Assembly: GCA_964016885.1 (NCBI GenBank)
Contig: OZ024741.1
Location: forward strand, 32,736,001 to 32,800,000
Origin: Eledone cirrhosa
Taxonomy: Eukaryota
Direction of reading: 5' to 3'
Length of the DNA stretch: 64,000 bases
Part shown: positions 59,545 to 64,000 of the stretch, piece after piece
Numbering within the stretch: the first letter of the stretch is position 1
Layout of the letters: every line of letters starts with the position of its first letter
Made by a program: the position numbers and the translations under genes
Notes under the pieces: model-generated
Told to the model about the DNA's origin: nothing
Databases searched by the model: none
Seen by the model: the letters and a program-made list of their open reading frames with translations, nothing else

Positions 59545-61740
59545 TAGTTAACATACATCTAGCCCTTTTAAAGTCGAGCACTCTTCAGTCAATAGGATTT
59601 TAAACCAATACTGAACATGGATAAATATCCTTTGGGTTTCTCTATCAAGAATATCCCAACACCTTCTAACACTTCCTACACGAAAATGCTGATAGACAAA
59701 GTAGAGAAAGTTGTTAAAAGAATGAGATGGAAAGCTTTGATTCTCGATGGACACTTTAATACGGACTCTACAGAACATTTTGATATCAAAACTCATAAAT
59801 ACCCGCAACGAATAAAAGATATGACCGCTTTTGAACTTGACTTAGTTAATTTAATCAACAATATCAAATTTCGTAAGTACTCTAACACTTCTCAATCTAA
59901 ACTATCTAATGATATTTCAATATTCAAATCCTCTAAAAATAAGTTCATTTTCTCCGACAAAACTAAAAACTTATACGAAGTTAATAATAATTTACATGAT
60001 AGATAACATCACCTGTAAATACCAAATAGCTAATATAAACACGTATAATAATATAAATAAGGAAGCTAAAGAATTAGCTAGTGTTTTAAAAATAGATAAT
60101 AGAACAGAAAAACTTGCTAAACGTAATGCCTATATCACCCTCAATGATCACAAACCTGATTTTATTAATCGTCCTAGTTGTAGATTAATCAACCCTGTTA
60201 AGACTGATATCGGTCTTGCTAGCAAACAAATTTTAAATAATATAAACACACAGATTAGAAGTAAGTCTGAATTACTCCAATGGATAAATAGCTCTTCCGT
60301 AGTACATTGGTTTAATAATATTAAAGATAAAAATAGTTCTACATTCATCCAATTTGACATTGTAGACTTCTACCTGTCTATTACTCACCCTCTTTCAACG
60401 AAAGCCTTAAATTTCGCTAGAAAGTTTATCAATATTTCTGATATTGAAGAGAATGTCATCTTGCATGCTAGAAACACTCTAATAATGACATTTGGGTAAA
60501 AATATCTAACCCAGAGAACCCATTCGATGTCTCAATGGGTTCTTTTGACAGTGCTGATGTTTGTGATTTAGTCGGCCTATTCCTCCTACACACACTTAAA
60601 GAGAAATTCCCTAACCATATTTTTGGGCTTTACCGCGATCGTCTAATACTTTCCCATACCACCATAGGCCATAACTTAGATAGATCAAGGAAAGACTTAA
60701 TAAAAACCTTCGCTGGTTTTAATCTTAAAATTACTATTGACACTTACCTTTCCAATGTTAATTTTCTAGATATAAACCTAGATCTGCTTACTGCTTCTTA
60801 TAAACCGTACGATAAACCTAATGAAAATTGAAAATATATAAATAAAGGCTCTTGCCATCCTCCTATAGTTTTTAAAAACCTTATCCCTAATATTAGCCGC
60901 AGGATCTCCACCCTCTCTTCCTCAGAAGCTATTTTCAATAAGGCATTCCCCTACTATAATAAAGCCCTTCAAAATAGCGGATTTAGTGAACCGATTAAGT
61001 ACATACCCAACAATACTAACTCCTTTAAACATAACAATAGGAAAAGAAAAATAATCTGGTTCACACCCCCTACTCTTTAGCAGTTAAAACTGATGTAGGC
61101 AAACAATTCCTAGAGCTCTTAGATAAACATTTCCCTAGAACACATAGATACTATAAGATCTTCAATAGAAACTGTGTCAAAATTAGCTACTCCTGCGGTC
61201 CCCCTATTAATTCTTATATTATCTATAAGAAAACACCCAGAGAACATAAAAATTGCTCCTGTAGAATCAAAAGTGAATGCCCATTACAAGGTAAATGCAA
61301 CACCAAAGCCATTGTATATGCGGCTAAAGTGACAACCATCAGCAAATACCTACTAGCCACCAGCGAACGATATGTGGGTATGACACAAGACAAATTCAAA
61401 ACGCGTTATTAATCACATGTCGCATCTTTCTGACATCCAGAAAAAAGATTTACAACAGCTCTGGCTAGCAGAATATGGGATTTGAAAGACCAAGGTATCC
61501 AATATAAATTGGATTGGTCAATTTTGAACCAATCTAAAGAATATGCAAGAGGAACAAGAAGATGCACACTCTGCTTAAGTGAAAAATATTGGATTTTACA
61601 GAACCTCAAAACACCAAAGACCTGCAAAAACAGAAATTTTCACCAGTTGCCCACACATGAAATCACACGTGAAGTCATTATTTTCCTTTTTTCAAATATA
61701 CCTAACTGTACCAAGGATTTCACACATTTTCCAATATATA
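59545..61740 (+). mobile_element. Near full-length decayed Naiad-like Penelope ORF
   Basis: N-terminal FSIKNIPTP..KRMRWKA, DKTKN, CRLINP, FDIVDFY, MGSFDSA, GLYRD, NFLDI, HPP, CSC..CP..C, AIVY..YVG, CTLC; several frameshifts and stops. Confidence 0.9.
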
Positions 61741-61900
61741 TATATAAATAAATATATATTTGTGTAAGATTGCTTGGACGGTATGCCTGTTGAGCACTCT
61801 ATGCTCCTTCGGAGCAGAGTATAATAATATGGAAAACGAAGAATCAGTGATGCATGGGAACACAAATTTATATATATTATTATAAATAAATAATATAATA

Positions 61901-62092
61901 AGGGCGGCGGATTGGCAGTATCGGTAGAGGGTCGGACGCCATGCTTTCCAGCATAGTTACGTCCCTTTGTGATCTGAGTTCAAATCCCACCGAGGTTAAC
62001 TTTGCCTTTCATCCTTACGGGGTCGATAAAATAAAGTACCAGTAATGCACTGGGATAATAGCTGGCCTTGTGCCTAAAGTAGAAACAATTAT
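61901..62092 (+). mobile_element. SINE family A, full length
   Basis: Near-identical to 21174-21354. Confidence 0.92.
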
Positions 62093-63316
62093 TATAAATA
62101 AATATATATATATATATAACTTGTGTGTGTATATATACATGCATGCTTACAAAGACATATATATTTATATACTTAATTTATATAGTGTAGGGTAAGAAGA
62201 CGCATGGCCTAGAAATTACGGTGCTGGTCTTGCAATCATAATTTCGAGGTTTCGCTTCCTTGGCCAGGAATAAGCATTGTTGTGTTAAGTGAAAGACTTC
62301 CTTTCACGTTACATCAGTCCACTAAGCCAGACATGGGTAAATGAGGTGTTTTGTAGTCTCAATCCGTTAACACCACTTAAACTGGGATAATCACTGACTT
62401 TTTGAACCTCTGTGCTTATGACAGATTTTCTTTAATATATTATCTATGATTGATTTTTTTGAATTCTGAAAAACTTGATGTTGTTTCCTGAAAGAATTCA
62501 TTATACTGGAACATGTCAAAGATAGCAAACAAATTTTTCTTCTATCATTGAGGTTAGTGTGTTATGAGGATATGATAATTGTTAGGGGATTCAAGAGGTA
62601 TTGGTGCATTTTTGCAAAGTGTTTGCGGTAACCAGAATGTAGTTATATAAGGGTAATAGTTGACTTATTATTCATTGACTTAGCGGTTTTATAGTTTGTA
62701 AATGGTAGCGGGGGGGGGGGGGGGGCTATTTGATGTTTCCATAAGCGAAAATCCTGTAGTTTGTGATGCCACTATAGGAGATATATTGATTTTATTCGGA
62801 CATGGTGCACTGTCTAGTTAGGTTATTTTTTTAGTTCAGCAAACTAAATAAATTCTCAAATATTACTATATTGAGTACTATCTTTTCCTAAAGTATCATT
62901 AGTAGTGATGTACATACGTGTATGTGTGTGTACGTGTGTGTGTGTATATCTGTATACATGTTTGCGTCTGTGCGTGTGGATGTAAGCGTAGGTTGAATAT
63001 GTAAAATTTCTACACGATTTAACATGTCCAGAAACACTTAAAATTGACGAGAAAGCAATCTAGAAATGTTACACATTAGACAATGATGGGTTTTTTCCGT
63101 GTTGTAAATTTGTACATCCCTTGATGATACCAATAACTTTGTTTGTATAGAGATTCAGCTAGTTACAATTTTCGATAGTCGAAGTACTGTTTATATTAAC
63201 TCTATCATTATATATTTACTTATTTATTTATTTTATGCTAATACTCAAAATCAGAAATTACTTTATTCGAAAATCCAGCAGATTTGTGATATTTCTATAG
63301 CTATATGTGTTATATA

Positions 63317-63420
63317 ATAACTGTTTCTAGTATTGGCACAAGGCCAGCAATTATCCAGTACATTACTGGTACTTTATTTTATCGACCCCGTATGGATGAA
63401 AGACAAAGTTAACCTCGGCA
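63317..63420 (-). mobile_element. SINE family A 3' part
   Basis: Reverse complement of core and tail. Confidence 0.85.
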
Positions 63421-63854
63421 ACTATTTGATATATTGCTGTTCGGGGAATTCAGTCAAATTATTCGCTGGCCTTTCGGAAAAATGGTGTTGGGTGTGCAAA
63501 TAAATCTTACACTGCTTTTCCTCGCCCCCTCTCTCTCTCTCTTTCTGTCTTTATCTCTCTCCCTCTCTCTCGCTCTCTATCTCTTTTTTTTTCTCTCTCT
63601 CAAGCTCTCTCTTCCACACGTTCTCTCTTCCCTATATTGTTTTCTTTTCTCAAAATTTTTTTTCCATTCCGTCCACATCTCACTCTCTATATTTCTATTT
63701 CATATTTTATTTCTTACTCAATGGAGGACTAGTGTCCGAAACTTTAAGAATCTTTTGCTACTGTACATCAAGCCTTAAACTAAGAGATTTTTTCTGCATA
63801 CTTTGCTGGGTTGCTTCCGTTTACGTTTTGTATATATATATATATATATATATA

Positions 63855-64000
63855 TTAGAATTGGTGCTTTGAAATAGCGATGTATACATGAATTTACATA
63901 TAGTATATTTGGCAATATATTGTATGCTTAATTATAAACATTTTGAAGACCTTGCGCAAGGTCCTCAAAATGTTTTTAATTAAGCATACAGTATGTTGCC
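63855..64000. mobile_element. Fold-back element (cut by window end), family of 41195-41410
   Basis: Hairpin centred on GACCTTGCGCAAGGTC (~63948-63963), arms extend to the window end. Confidence 0.75.

Noticed and set aside
59617-61660. Selenocysteine-encoding Naiad
   Set aside because: In-frame TGAs (60829, ~61430) fall at non-Cys positions, the conserved Cys codons are TGY, and the copy has other stops and frameshifts

Overview
AT-rich, repeat-saturated eukaryotic DNA. It is most likely a coleoid cephalopod (octopus-like) intronic or intergenic region; this is inferred from the SINE types and extreme microsatellite load, not proven. Almost all ORFs in the supplied track are microsatellite artefacts. 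Real coding remnants are all retroelements: two Naiad-like and two other Penelope-like elements (PLEs; RT and/or GIY-YIG), R4/Dong-like RT-RLE LINEs, RTE-like 3' ends with C2H2 fingers, Tx1/L1-like and CRE-like fragments. There are also about 15 copies of one tRNA-derived SINE, mariner- and piggyBac-type MITEs, and 51-bp and 16-bp minisatellites. The strongest hidden signal is roughly 20 minimal type I hammerhead-ribozyme motifs (intact or degenerate, hand-folded) from more than 10 unrelated sequence families. They nearly all sit in (TA)n tracts and are very often arranged as fold-back palindromes, from 60 bp to 3.3 kb, whose arms break at or near the ribozyme. A weak set of phase-compatible minus-strand exons may represent a host gene.
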